NCBI GenBank assembly: GCA_951406725.2
Contig: OX597825.1
Location: forward strand, 58,590,001 to 58,654,000
Length of the DNA: 64,000 bases
Source: Octopus vulgaris
Lineage: Eukaryota
Reading direction: 5' to 3'
Below, in pieces: positions 40,598-54,215 of this stretch (position 1 is the stretch's first letter; each line of letters opens with the position of its first letter). The position numbers and the translations under genes were made by a program. The notes beneath the pieces were generated by a model. The model did not search any database and was not told the DNA's origin. It was given only the letters and a program-made list of their open reading frames with translations.

Positions 40598-41578
40598 CCT
40601 TTTGACCGACAGATTTAAAAAATAATTTTTTGTAGACAAACAACAGCAGTAATTTTATTCAGCTGAATACACGTCATTGGTTGGTTGAAATTATCGAAAT
40701 ACTACAACTTAAACGTGAAATAACTTCCTAAATATAAGCTTTTCTCAAAAACGCTGAGAGTAAAAGATGTGTAACGGCGGAGAATTTGTTGTTGTATAGT
40801 TACCAATTGTAATGGGAGATTTTGTTACGATAAAGATTTATTGTTATAACTGCATGTTGTAAGATGTGTAAGAACAAAGTACATAAAGTTTAAAGAAAGT
40901 ATTTATTTACCGTTACGTTGCAAATACCTTGCCTCGACGAGCAGGTTGTGATAAATCCAAAAGCATGCGAAGTAAAGTTTGTTGCAGTAGAATGTTTCAT
41001 TACATAGTTTGGCGTTAGGTATAGTTAGTAGTAATTACAGAAAGAGATAGAATGATGTTGTAAGAGAACAGAATTAGAGCTTGAGAGAATGGTAGGGTCT
41101 TGTCTCACAGTTTCTTTCTCCCTCTGACCAAGGTTGGTCAGCCAGATCTCGTTGAGTCGTCACCGGTTGGTAACTAACTGATTTTTGCTTGGGATGTGCT
41201 GGCTTATATAAAGATCCAGAAGGAGAGATATATCATTGAGAACAATAAATTTAGTTGGTGATCTTGTTATCTATCCTAGCTTTTGGTAAAGTAGAAGAGG
41301 TTAGAAAGGGTCAAGTGGTGAAGACATTATTTTGGCCTAGCTAAAGGGCATCTGGAAAACGTAAAAACTGCTGTCAGAGAAAAACGATTGTTCCATCGCG
41401 GGAAAAGTTCTGTAGCAGTGTTAGTTTAAATTTGGCTATTGTGGATCGAATCCACTTCATGCATGCAAGATTCGCTACAGATGTTTTATATGACACATTC
41501 TACCAGTGTTCGAAGTTTGAAAGTGTTTAGTTACAAAAAATTATTTTAAAAATCTGTCGGTCAAAAGGTAAAGATCCC
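40598..41578. mobile_element. GGATC-family MITE interrupted by a solo LTR
   Basis: Termini ccttttgaccgacagattt and aaatctgtcggtcaaaagg; the body resumes exactly after the insertion. Confidence 0.75.
40770..41479 (-). mobile_element. Solo LTR, Ty3/gypsy-like (710 bp)
   Basis: TGTAAC...GCTACA termini and 4-bp TSD GATG (40766-40769, 41480-41483). On the minus strand, TATATAAG is followed about 20 nt later by a TCAGTT initiator. Confidence 0.85.
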
Positions 41579-42749
41579 AAAGTGCGAATTTAGCGTGCGG
41601 TCTGCCGCCGTAACTTCAGTTTACGTTTGAAACGGCCTGATTTAGGTTAGGATTAGGGTTAGGGATAGATTAGGCTTAAGGTCTAAGGATGGGCAAGAAC
41701 TTAGGGTAAGATTTAGGATTAAAGTTATAGTTAAGGTTTGAGAGAAACTGAACGCTAAAGTGTAAATGGAAGACAGACCCCACGTTAAAGTGGCACCGAT
41801 CTTTTTTGTTTTAATCATACTCTGCAGAATATAGACATTCATCATCATTAACACCACCGCCAGTACTCAGCATTATCATCATCATCATCATCATCGTCAC
41901 CGTCGTCGTCGTTGTCACCAGTTACCACCATATCATCATCCTCAGCATTTGCAGCAGCAATAGGTCGACGGCGACGACGACTACGAAGACCACCACCAAA
42001 AATAAACATCTCCGAGACCACCTCCGCTTTCGACAATACCACCACTAATAACATCGCTAACAACAACACCGCCGTAAAAACCGTCACCACCATCACCAAT
42101 ACCAACATCACTATCACCGCCAACACCAACACCATTTACCGCCACTACCACCACCACCACCAACAACAACAACAGCAACTATCACCACCACCCTTTATCA
42201 TTAATATCACCACTACCACAACCTCCAGCAACGCCGTTAACACAACCATGTCCACCCTCTACCTCCACCTCCATCATTTCACTATTTCCCAATCATTCTC
42301 TTTCTAACATTAACATAGTAATTTTCAAAAGAACGTGATTTGGAAGAATAAAACGAAAGTGTCATTGAAACCAGATACTAAACTCTCGACGTGTGTTCAG
42401 TTTTATTGTAGCTGAGTAGAAACAACCTAATGACCTTCCCGAGCTCAACGATTTCGATTCTCAGTTTAAACTTTTTCCCTCTGATGTTGCTGTGTTTTCC
42501 CCCTTTTTTGTTATATATATTAAGTTTGTTGTGTTAATTATTGCTGATGTTTAGCCCGGTTCTCAAACACACGCTTTTATACTCGCAAAGATACAGTGCA
42601 CGCACGAATAATCGCGCGCGCACTTAAATGTATGTATATGTTTGAGATAACATGCAATTTAGCGTCGTAAAATTGTGAAATTATATTGTCCTCAATATGT
42701 GAAAGTATTTTGCGATAGAAACCGGAAGTGACATCTCGTAATTTCATGT

Positions 42750-42840
42750 ACAGTAATCCCTCGGCTGTCGCAGATGTTACGTTCCAAAACCTACCGCGAT
42801 AGGTGAAAATCCGCGAAGTAGAAACAGTACTGTACTGTAT
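42750..42840 (+). mobile_element. Tigger/pogo-like terminal fragment
   Basis: TA plus cagtaatccctcggctgtcgcag...ccgcgataggtgaaaatccgcgaag, resembling pogo/Tigger MITE ends. Confidence 0.5.
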
Positions 42841-42856
42841 ATTTTTTTATTACTAT

Positions 42857-43282
42857 GGATCTTTTCTGTTTGAACGGCAGATTTTTCTAGCGGTGTCATG
42901 TGAAATTGTCACCCATAATTATAACCCTAGTATCGATCTATTTCATTTCAATCTGTTTTAGGGTTAGGGTTAGTTAGGATTAGAGGTGGGGGGAAGGGTA
43001 TCTTTTTTTCTTCACAAATGTAAATAAAACCAATCTGTTTCTTAAACGAGGGACATATTCATACGGTACAGAATGTTTTCAACTCAAAAGACGTCATTGA
43101 TTGGTTGAAATTGCAGAAATTGAAGAAAAAAACAACAAATATCTTACAAACTATAGAATTTTCTCAATAAAGCCAAGAGAAAAAGATGTTTTATAAACAC
43201 ATTCTACCAGTATACGAAGTTTAAAAGTGTTTAGTTACGTGGAAATTATTTTTAAAAACTGCAGTTCAAACCGAAAAGATCC
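42857..43282. mobile_element. GGATC-family MITE with ~24-bp TIRs and internal TTAGGG-like repeats
   Basis: ggatcttttctgtttgaacggcag versus ctgcagttcaaaccgaaaagatcc. Confidence 0.8.
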
Positions 43283-43713
43283 GGATTCGGCTCCTTTCCA
43301 TACTTCCAGAAAGAGTAAGAAATGGTTGTCTGAGAATTTCTACGATTTCACCCAGCCCCAGTTTCTGGCCTTCTAACTCTCTCGACTGTAATTCCATGAA
43401 TTACTATGTGTGAGGCACGGTTGATAAAGACACCAACTGCGCTGCCTGCAACACCAAGACCGAGCTGGTAGCCAAGATCATAGAGATGTTCGAAGATCTT
43501 CCCAAGAACACAGTGAATAATGCATACACCAGATTCTGGAGCTGTCTTGAGGCCGCGATGGAAGCTAAGGGTGGCTACTTTGAGTAAACTGTTATCTCCC
43601 AGCCATAATCAGTTTATTTTTAGATTTTAAAAGCAAAACAAGAAAAATTTTTGGATGGAATATTGTTTTCTTTTATTTTTACATAAACTGTCAGATTTGG
43701 TCCAAACACCCTG
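43283..43713 (+). mobile_element. DD37D Tc1/mariner 3' fragment
   Basis: DSAPFHTSRKSKKWLSENFYDFT...FWPSNSLDCNSMNYYV motif; terminus caccctgta. Confidence 0.75.
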
Positions 43714-43790
43714 TATTTAATATCACATGAAAACCGTACGTATATTTTATATAGGATGAAGACAATTACATTTATGTGATAACATAACAA

Positions 43791-44066
43791 TCATTGATGC
43801 ATGAAACAAAAATTAGTGAATAGTTTTTCACGATCTCTAAATTTGTTTCGCCACACATGCTCATGAAAACATGATATAAATAAATCATCACTATTCCCAC
43901 ACTGTTGGCTAATTTTCTTCGTGGCGTGCATCCATTACCTTCCTATGGTCTGTGTATGGATGTTGTCATCGTTCGGACCAACACAATTGAGTGAATGGTT
44001 GACAACTTCATGACTAGAGAAGTTGCCCAGACCCACATAGGAATCCCACCCATCAAAGTGTGTTAT
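43791..44066 (-). mobile_element. Merlin (IS1595/ISXO2-like) DDE transposase remnant
   Basis: Minus frame ITHFDGWDSYVGLGNFSSHEVVNHSLNCVGPNDDNIHTQTIGR*WMHATKK...FHEHVWRNKF matches the DxWxxY...VNHS...HTQxIExxW...EFxWR signature. Confidence 0.8.
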
Positions 44067-46204
44067 GAAATTTTGATATATCACCGTCTTCATTTCCAGT
44101 TTCTATAGCAATTTACTTTCATTTTTTAAAGACCCCTAATTTACTTTCCCTATTTTATGACGGTAAACTAAACATTAATCGTATGTATGTGGTGTGTGTG
44201 TGTCTAAACCATGATGGAATGGAAGCATGTGTCAACGTGGATGGTTACTCTCTGAACACCGGCTGCAAGAGGCGCCCATCGTTGTAAAATTAGTGATACT
44301 TGAAGATGACAGTATCAATCAATGATTTTGCTCGAAATTGAGTTGCGGATCTATTCCTGAGTTGCATCTATTATCATCATTGCGATCACAGAATTATATT
44401 CCTGGCAAAGTATTTCCACAATTCACGAAATTCCATGCAAAACCTGCTGGTCAGACTCGAGGTGTCAAAAGGTAGGAGCGAACATGAAACCATATTGCTG
44501 CGAAATGAACGGTTTAACCAACCACAGGGACAGCTTAACAATATAACCGTTTACTGTGCTTATATTATTGAATTTCCTTGCAGAAAATGCTCTCCAATAA
44601 GTGGTTATTTTATTGTTCTCCATTTCCACTAATCGTTAATTTTGCTCTCAATTATTCAATTTTCTCAACTAAAACAACCATGTCTAACTCCCTTGCTCTT
44701 AATCTCTTTAGTTTTACATCCTTATATATATTCACGTTAGCATGAAAAATGCTTCCATGCTTTCGTAGTATAATAATAGCAAAATGGGTTGTTCATGACA
44801 GCTTCCTGCGATTGTCGATATTAAATATTATTTCGAACAAAAGGGAATATTCCTCTTCTAATTAATTAAAAAAAAATCATTATTATCTATACAGAACTCA
44901 TTATTCCATATAAACTTTTTTTTTCTTTTTGGTCTGGGTCCTGTTTAATAAATATTCCTATTCCGATTTTTGCTAATCATTGAGCAGACAGACGACATCG
45001 CTTATTTTTCATGTGTACTTAGAGAAAAATCGATTAAATTCATTAATGCTAAAACTCCTAGAAATGTCAATGGTTTAATCTTTCAAATAATTCGATATAA
45101 TAGATAGGTTTTGAGAGCTGTAGTTTGGTCAGATCGATCTGTAGTCTCTTCAACAGTTATTAAACTACATCGCCGATATTGCGCTGTAACCCTAACAAAT
45201 CTACCCGACTCATTAATGGCTCGGTTTACTTAGCCATAAATGAGAAACAATAAACGAAAAGTGGTGCTGTTTATCGATGTAAACAGGAGTATACTGTATC
45301 TTGACGACTGCTTCTTTATCTTGCAACGTTGAGATTAAAATCTTTCACCGTAGGAACACAACAATATTTCTGATTTTATCGGAAGCAGATTAATTGAAAT
45401 CGTTCTGTATGGAGGATACGATAGATATCCTTAACTTTCTCTCTCTCGTTATGTATATATGAGTGCGTGTGTGTGTGTATTACACACACACAATCATTTC
45501 GTTCGGATGTTGACCCCCAAGTTTACTCTTTTAGGCTCATGGACGGGTCGAGGCGACCAGACTTTGAATCGGACGTTGACTTTTTACAGATTATATTTCC
45601 GAAAATCTATAAATATCCGTAGAGTTTACATAATTATCAAACAAGTAGAGTGAAATGAGCAACTTTCTTTAAATTTCCCTTTAAAATTCCACCTAGATAG
45701 TTAACCACCACTTTCCCTCCTTTCTGGCATCACAGCCGCCTCGTTGAAATTTTTGTTTTATCCCTCCAATTCCTTTCTCTCCACCTGTATACATATAAAC
45801 AATATAACTAACACCCTCTTGACCTGCTAGAGTCAGTGGCACTCGCTAATTTCAATTACATCAAATCAAAGAAACTGATATGTCCCGTATCTTCATTATT
45901 TTATTTATATGTGTATATATATATATATATTTATGCATCTATGTTGTTTTATATGTGTCTACGTGTGTATTCAGGTCTTTCTGTATGTATTCATATACTT
46001 CTATACGTATGGACGGATATATATCTTCATGTATGTATTTATGCGTATTTGTCTATTATATACGTGCGAGGTGAGTGTCTGTGGATCATCATGCTTCAGA
46101 ATACATTTACCTATTTATTTATGAACGTGTGTACATATGTGTATGTATATCTGAGAGTGTCAGTGTGTATTAATCAAAGTGTACGGTATTATACATTTAT
46201 TATG

Positions 46205-46750
46205 GCCGATCTTAATCGGTTTCGTACTAGGGGTTCAATGGGATGTTAGGTTAAAGCCTGATTATGTAACCCAGTGCTCTTCAGAGTTGACATTTATGGA
46301 AGAAAATATGGCAGCCACTATCTGTCGTTGAAAAGACACATCCGGTTTGTAGTTGCTGTGAAAAAAGACAACGAAACGTACTGAACAAGGGTTGAGTTAA
46401 GAGTTATGTCCCTTTGCACCAAACAGCTTCTGGTGTGTTGCAACGTTACAGGAGTTTTCTGGAAATGTATGTATGATTTAGGGGTTGATATTCTTCTAAG
46501 GTTGGAATGTGTGCAGAGGTACTATATGTGTAGCATTTTCTTTAGGGGAGTGAGGTTGGTGGGCAGATGCCCAAAGGTCACATAAGTGCCTGTATGTTTG
46601 ATTGTGTCTTTTGTTTATATTTTGGTTAAATTCTTTGACGTATTTGTGTAGGTATGGAATATGTGTAGGGATACACCCATTACCTACTTTTTGTATCTTT
46701 GATCATATTGTTTACATAGACATATTTGTTTACAAAACATTCTAACTTAC
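46205..46750 (-). mobile_element. Penelope-like pLTR remnant ending in a degenerate hammerhead (46207-46290)
   Basis: Minus strand CTGAAGA-gcactggg...cctagtac-GAAA-ccgatta. The upstream extent is inferred, with only weak coding similarity. Confidence 0.45.
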
Positions 46751-46827
46751 AGTGATGGCTCTGAATCCTATAGAGTATTTATAGAGCTAACCTTAAAAAT
46801 TATATATATGTGTGTGTGTGTGTGTGT

Positions 46828-47074
46828 ACTTTATAAAGTGAACAATTGTTTCTATTAACATATAACATATATAGATATAGAAAATATCATTAAAATTAAT
46901 ATTTCTGAAAATAAATGTTAACACAATGTTTTCAAGGCGATCCGAAATTAGTGAAATTCAAGGATCACCTTGGAAATGTTCTGTTCACATTTATTTTCAG
47001 AAATATCAATTTCAATGATATTTTCTATTTCTAAATATGTTAATACAATAGAAACAATTGTCAGCTTTATAAGG
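46828..47074. repeat. Long imperfect palindrome (~115-bp arms)
   Basis: ctttataaagtgaacaattgtttctatt...caaggcgatcc versus ggatcaccttg...aatagaaacaattgtcagctttataag. Confidence 0.8.
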
Positions 47075-49828
47075 TGAATTTTACAATAACAGTGTGATTT
47101 TATGTATATGTATGTTTGTTGTCAAATTGCTTGAAATTCTTCTAAATGATATTCAGATCTACTTATCATACTTGAAGAATTACCTTTGTTGAGTATTCTA
47201 CTTACATTTACTAGTGTCTGATTGTTGGATACAGGTAACAAAATTTGTTTAAAACTGAGTGCTTTATTGATATCTGCCTGGATGTTTTAATCCCATTTTT
47301 GTTTCTAAAGATATCATCATCATCATCATCATTACTGTTTAACATCCATTTTCCATGTTGGCATGGGTTGGGTGGTTTGACTGAAAACTGGCAAGCTGGA
47401 GAGCTGCACCAGATTCCAATTTGATTTTGCTTGGTTTCTATGGCTGGAATGCCCTTCCTAATGCCAACCACTCCAATAGTGTAGAGGGTGCTTTTTACAT
47501 CCCACTAAGTCTTAATAAAACAAAAAGACATACAATGATGGTCACAGATGGAACACCCTAAATCATGACCCTGTTCAATCAGGGATGACCTGGACAAACA
47601 ACAACAATCACAGCATCATAGGTATAGTAATATTTGAGTTTTATTACTCATGTGACTCATGTTCTGATTCTTTAATAATACACATTGAGTTTAATAATAA
47701 TTGGATTATGGTCAAAGATTATGCCAGATGCTGGGTGTGTTTTTACTGATCTCAAGCAGTTTTTAAATCTTTGGTGACCACGATATAATCAATTTGGTTT
47801 CTGAATACATTAATAGGACTCTTTTATAATTTTATAGCTGGTTGCTGGAATGAGGCATTTGCAATTATTAAGATATGTCTTTCATAAAATCCCAATACTC
47901 ATTCACCTCTTTCATTCTTTTGATTTTTCTCTTTGCCTACCTTTGCATTTAGGTCTCCCACTACACATGTTATGTCTCCAGACATGACATACTTTAATCA
48001 TTTCTCTACTTCCTTGTGAAATTTTTCAAAGTCTTCATCATGATCTTGGGTTGGTGCATATATTTGAAGTACTTTGATGATAAATGGTAAGAACACAAGT
48101 TATAGAATGACTATCACTATAAGAAAAAATAAATGGCAAAAGCTCAAAGAAGTAGACCTAGCACCAAACTGGTTTGATAACCAGTTTGTTGATGAGTACC
48201 AAAGAGGTTTCTGTAGACTGACAGGTAATAACTATTAGCTCAGTATTGCAAACTAACAAAGGAATTTTTGATTTTAGAGTATTACCACTGTTTAGAACAA
48301 CGAGCTATTTCCACTTTGTGATATCTAACTGGACAACTAAGATTTTTGAGAGTTAAGCATTTTGCTCATAGATACAAAGCATTTTTGTTAACATGTTATG
48401 CACTGCTGATCACTTATATGGTTGTCTTGTAGCCTATTCACCCAGCCATTTGTAATCCCCTGCTACATTTATAACATTTGATATAAAGCAGATGAAAATA
48501 AGTAATATTTAAAGACAATCTCACTGGCCAGTTCAAAATATCTTTGTCCCATTCAAAAGGAGCTTGTAATGCTGGTTTATTGTAATATTTTGGATCACAT
48601 ACATATAATGTGTGTGTGTGTAAATCTATCTACATATATCAATACATATAATATATATACTTATATATATAGATAGCTAGATAGATAGATATGTGTGTGT
48701 GTGTGTGTGTGTGTACTTAAAGGCTTCTTATTTGTGTGTAAAGTCTACCAGTAGGTATGTAAGATTGCTAAGGGAACAAGATTGGATGTCAACTTTGCAC
48801 TATATTGGACTGACCAAAGCACTATATGGTCAGTACATATGTGATTGTATTGGCGCAACTTTCCTCTCTGGTGAACAAGTGAATAATTTCATCTTTTTTG
48901 TCACCACTTTCCAGACCCTGCATGATTTACTGCTCCATAGCTCACATCTCTCCCCAAATCCTACATACTCCAGATTTTCATCTTTGCTCCTGGCCCTGTT
49001 GCAATAACCTGTCCATTTTTCCCCAACTCCACCTACTATTACAAGTCCCAACCACTGTACAGTATGCATCTCTGACATCTTCATTTGCACCTCCAATATC
49101 GTCATTCAGTGCTTAAAAGGATCTCTCAACAGGGCCTTGTATACTGTTGCTCCTTGGCAGACTCAGCACCTACTAGGCATCCATTTCTGGAATCAAACCC
49201 CTATTTCTGCTCAGTCAACCACTCTAACACCTTACAGTATTTATCTTGGTCTTAAACAACGGACTACAAATTCTAGACTTTGGAAAGAATAGTGATTCAT
49301 CTTTTCTCCCCAAACTCACATCCCCTTCAGCCTCAACTCACCACTCATACACTAACTACACACTTGCACACATACATACACACATGCATACATATATTTA
49401 TAAATATGATAATACACATGTTCTCTCAATGTTGAACGCAAATTTTTGCAAAGTCCAGAACCATTCTAAGGGAAATAACAAGTAAGAAATCCCTAAAATG
49501 TTACTTTTTTTTGCCAGTGTTTTCATCTTGAAGTCTCATGTAGTCTTGTGCAACTTTGTATATTCTCATTCAAGATGGAGGCAATTACCAGCACTTTGAA
49601 GTGAATCACATGGATATTGCAGAAATTTTTTCTACTTGTTTTCACTGACAGCATTGTTAATCTACAAATAGCGAATATTTAGCCACAAAGTGTGACGTTG
49701 AGCACTCATTCACACTGTTTAATACTGTATGTGTATATGTGAGTATGCACATAAAAAAGTATACACACATATATTGCATTATGTACTCAATAGAAACCAA
49801 CACATATGTATACATGCACACATGCATA

Positions 49829-49877
<49 letters not shown>

Positions 49878-49939
49878 CTCTACCACTGGTATTTGAGTAC
49901 TCTTTTTTCCACCTTGTTTCACATTTATGTGTTTACTCC

Positions 49940-49975
<36 letters not shown>

Positions 49976-50197
49976 CATACACACACACATATATACGTAT
50001 ATGTACATTTATGCATTTATATATTTATTTATAGATATTTATGCATGCATGCACACATACATGTATGTATGATTTTTTTTTATTTATCTAATTTCTTTTT
50101 TTCATTCTTCCTCCACCACAATTATCTTCAAATTTATTACATCTGGTCAATATTTCAAATTCCATTCCATTTCTGTTCATCTCTACTCCTACATATT

Positions 50198-50234
<37 letters not shown>

Positions 50235-52744
50235 GCTTATGTTTCTGTAAAACATTGTCCTTCTATTATTATTTTACTTTTTAGCTACTTTAGTACTGCT
50301 TTATACGTTTCATTTTACAGTTTTATTAAGTGGCTTCATTTTTATTCTTTCTTATCTATTATTATCAGTATTGAATTTACTTTATAATTTCACAGGGCCG
50401 TTGGCTACAGATCGTTTATTACACCCTGTACAACTTTTAACAGCAACTCATAAACCTGTAGAGGCATTGATAATTGTTCTGTTCTCATGCAACTCCAGTT
50501 CACATATTTTCACAACCACACCTCAACTTTCCACCTATCCCTTTCTTAGTTTTACAATAACCCATTTTCTTTTTTGCTTTTCAATTTTATTTTTTTTACC
50601 AATATATGTTATTTTTTATTTAATATTTCTTTATTATTGATTATCAAATTATTATTTTTTTAACAATTGACACTATAAGCTTGTATTCAAATGATATTGG
50701 TGATTTATCTATAAAGCTTTAAATCGAAACAGTTTATGTTTGTCTTATTTTTCTTTGCATATTTGTTGCTTTTATATATATTTTATATTTGTGTCTGCCT
50801 ACTCTTTTGTTTCTTTTACAATGTGTGTACATAGAAGCCAGTTTTCTTTTGTTTTGTGTTATTTTTTGTGATTTTTAATGTTTGTCCTTTCTAAAGTCAA
50901 TAATGTTATTTCTCATTTTTAACATTTAATATCATAAATACTTCTACATATGCATATGTGTATGCATAGGTGCATTTATACAGACATGCATTTATATATA
51001 TATTTATACACACAAACACACATAAAGTCTCATAAAGACTTACATACACATTTATGCAGGTATATGTATGTATATATGCACATACACTTACACATGTGTA
51101 ATCATGCATGTTTATTTACATCAATATATGTGTCTGCATGCACACACACACACTTCACATATGAAGCTAAGTATATATACTTACATGTGTGTGTGTGTGT
51201 GTATCTGAAAAATTCTTTCTATTAACAACTTTTCTAAACTTCTTGAATTCTATAAATGAGCTTGTTTCGAAATGTTGTCACCAAAATGAGTTCATTCTGT
51301 GAAACTTCATTGTAGCTACACTATATCTAAATTTACTGTAATACTTCAAGCGAAATTTCCTTGAAATTATTCAATCATTTTTGGATAATTCTAGAATAAT
51401 TGTAAATATTCTATAAATATCTAGATTTTTTATTGCAAAGTTACATTATTGTGTCAAATAGTTGCTAATAAATAAGTGTTATTGAAATGTATTTGCATGA
51501 AAATTGCATATTTTTGATTCACTATCTCCACTTTTTCTCATAATTTGCAAAAGAACTAGAATATATTTTCTATGAAATAGAGACTATATCATACTTCCTA
51601 GACTGTCATTATATATAGATGGAATTTATAAAAAAACAAAAGATGAAGATAGGTGTGTAAACAACAAAACAGGTGTATTAGTTTAACGTTCGGGAAGGTG
51701 AGAAAGTCTTTTACATTTCAATATATATATATGCATATGTATGTATAAAAGCTGGACAAACAATTATAGATGACAGGAACTCATTTCTTTAGGAAATGAC
51801 CTATACATACTCTTATTAAATGATATTTTTTTCATCTTTACAGCTGTTTCAAAGACTCAACAACTTCTTGATATTTTAATACATATGAAAGCAGGTCTTA
51901 TAATGCATAATATCAAAACAGGTGTACAGGCAATAATTATAAATAACATCGTCTCACATGAAGTATGGATATATTAATATCTTTAACCTGGAACAGCCAA
52001 ATATTTTCATTGAAAGGATGAGTGGCAAATGTAGTTGTAGCATTTTCTTGATAATACACAATAATAAATAACTACTAATGAAGATGTGAATATGGGGGAA
52101 AGGCAGAAAAAGAACATGAAATTTAGAGCAAATATATATTATTGTTATTTAATGTCACTTTTCCATGCTTGAATGGGTTAGATGGAATTTGTTGAGGCAA
52201 CTTTTCTGGCTGGATACTCTTCCTATCATCAACCCTCACCTGTTTCCTAGCTAGGTGATATTTTCCCATGGCTAGACATGTTTTTCAAGACAGACTGGAA
52301 ATTAACAACCTTGCTTGTATACAGCCTTCACATGATGTCTTGACAAGGGTACACACAAATGCATTTACACAAACACACAAACAACACACACATGACAGGC
52401 TTCTTTCAACTTTCATCTAACAAATCCTCTCAGAAATCTTTGGTTTGTCCATAGCTATAGAGGAAGAGGTGCTAGGCAGTGGAACTGAACCCAAGAACAC
52501 TTGGCTGCAAATCAATCTTCCCAACCACTCCTGTGCCTATACACACACACAGATATACATACATATACATGTAAAAGCCTCCAACACACACTGTAAAGTG
52601 ATTGGTGTTAGGAAGGGCATCCAACTGTAAAAACCAAGCCGAATCAGATTGGAACCTGGTGCAGCTTCCCAGCTTGCCAGCTCTGATCAAAACATCCAAC
52701 CCATGCCAGTATAGAAAATGGATGTTGAAGGATGATGATGATGA

Positions 52745-52794
<50 letters not shown>

Positions 52795-53809
52795 ATATAT
52801 ATTCCCAGTTCACTTTTCGTTCCCCTTCTTTATCTTATAGTGACTTTTATCTATCTTCTTTCCTTCCTTATTTAGTCCTCTTTTACTCTGTTTACATATA
52901 AACAGCTCACTTTCACTACACTTACTAACTTTAATGCATTTACATCAAACTCTCTCATTTCCTCACTTCTTTCCATCCTTTTTTTCACCCCTCTGCCTCA
53001 TAAATGTAAACTTTCCTCATCATCACAGCATTGTATAAATTTATTTTGGTCTGCAAAACCTTTGAGCACTATCACTTTCTATAGATGTAAAAAAAAAAAA
53101 AAAGGTTATCTTATCAGCAAAACTTTAAAATAATGTGACTGTTATATATTTTTTACTATGTATTCCACTTCTAATTTTTTCTCTTATACTACTCTACTTA
53201 GCATCTGTTTAACCCTCTTGATATTTATTTACTCATTCCATTCTTCTTTCTTGAAAATTTCTCCCTGTTTTCTCCTCCACATTTTATATATACCACCTTT
53301 TGTATTGCAGTTTTGTTATAAACACTTACACTTATATTTCTAACCTTAATGCCCTGTCAGCCATACCATTTGTATTATTTCAGTTTTATGTTATAAGAAT
53401 CGTAGATATGTACTGGGATGAATTCATCTTAACAACAATGTGGTTCTTGTAATGTCATTATTTTAAAAATCATGCACAGCTTGGCCAAGTTTCATGTTGA
53501 GTATTTGGTTATTGTTGTGTGACTGTCTATTTTTATTATATGCACCTCAGAATAAATCTTATGGTTTATTGTCTATGTTTATGATGCTCTTATCTCTGAC
53601 ATTTCCTAGGGTTTGGCTATTCATTTATATTGGCCTTATCTATTATAAAGATCTATCAACACATACCATCATCACTTCATTCTGGAGATGAGACTTTAAA
53701 AGTCTAGAAACATTGGTAACTGTTTTAGGAAATTTTGCTGTTTCAAACAACCTACAAGGAGTCCATGTGAAAATATGTATGGAACTTGAGAGAGAAGATA
53801 AAACATACT

Positions 53810-54215
53810 GTTACTCTTTACTCTTTTACTTGTTTCAATCATTTGACTGCAGCCATGCTGGAGCACTGCCTTTTAGTCGAGCAAATCGACCCCAGGACTT
53901 AATCTTTGGAAGCCTAGTACTTATTGTATCGATCACTTTTGACAAACTGCTAAATTACGGGGATGTAAACACACCACCAGCGGTTGTCAAGTGACATTGG
54001 GGGGACAAACACAGACACACAAACATATACACAGACACACACACACATATATACGATGGGCTTCTTTAAATTTCCATCTACCAAATCCACTCACAAAGCT
54101 TTGGTTGACCCGAGGCTATAGTAGAAGACACTTGCCCAAGATGCCACACAGTGGGAATGAACCCAGAACAATGAGGTTGGTAAGCAAGCTACTTACCACA
54201 CAGCCACTCCTGTGC
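53810..54215 (-). mobile_element. SINE family A (CpG-decayed)
   Basis: Full-length reverse complement with many CG-to-TG/CA changes relative to the 32470 copy. Confidence 0.85.

Noticed and set aside
41848-42307. Thr/His/Asp-rich ORFs
   Set aside because: Degenerate CAC/CAT/CAA trinucleotide low-complexity tract.
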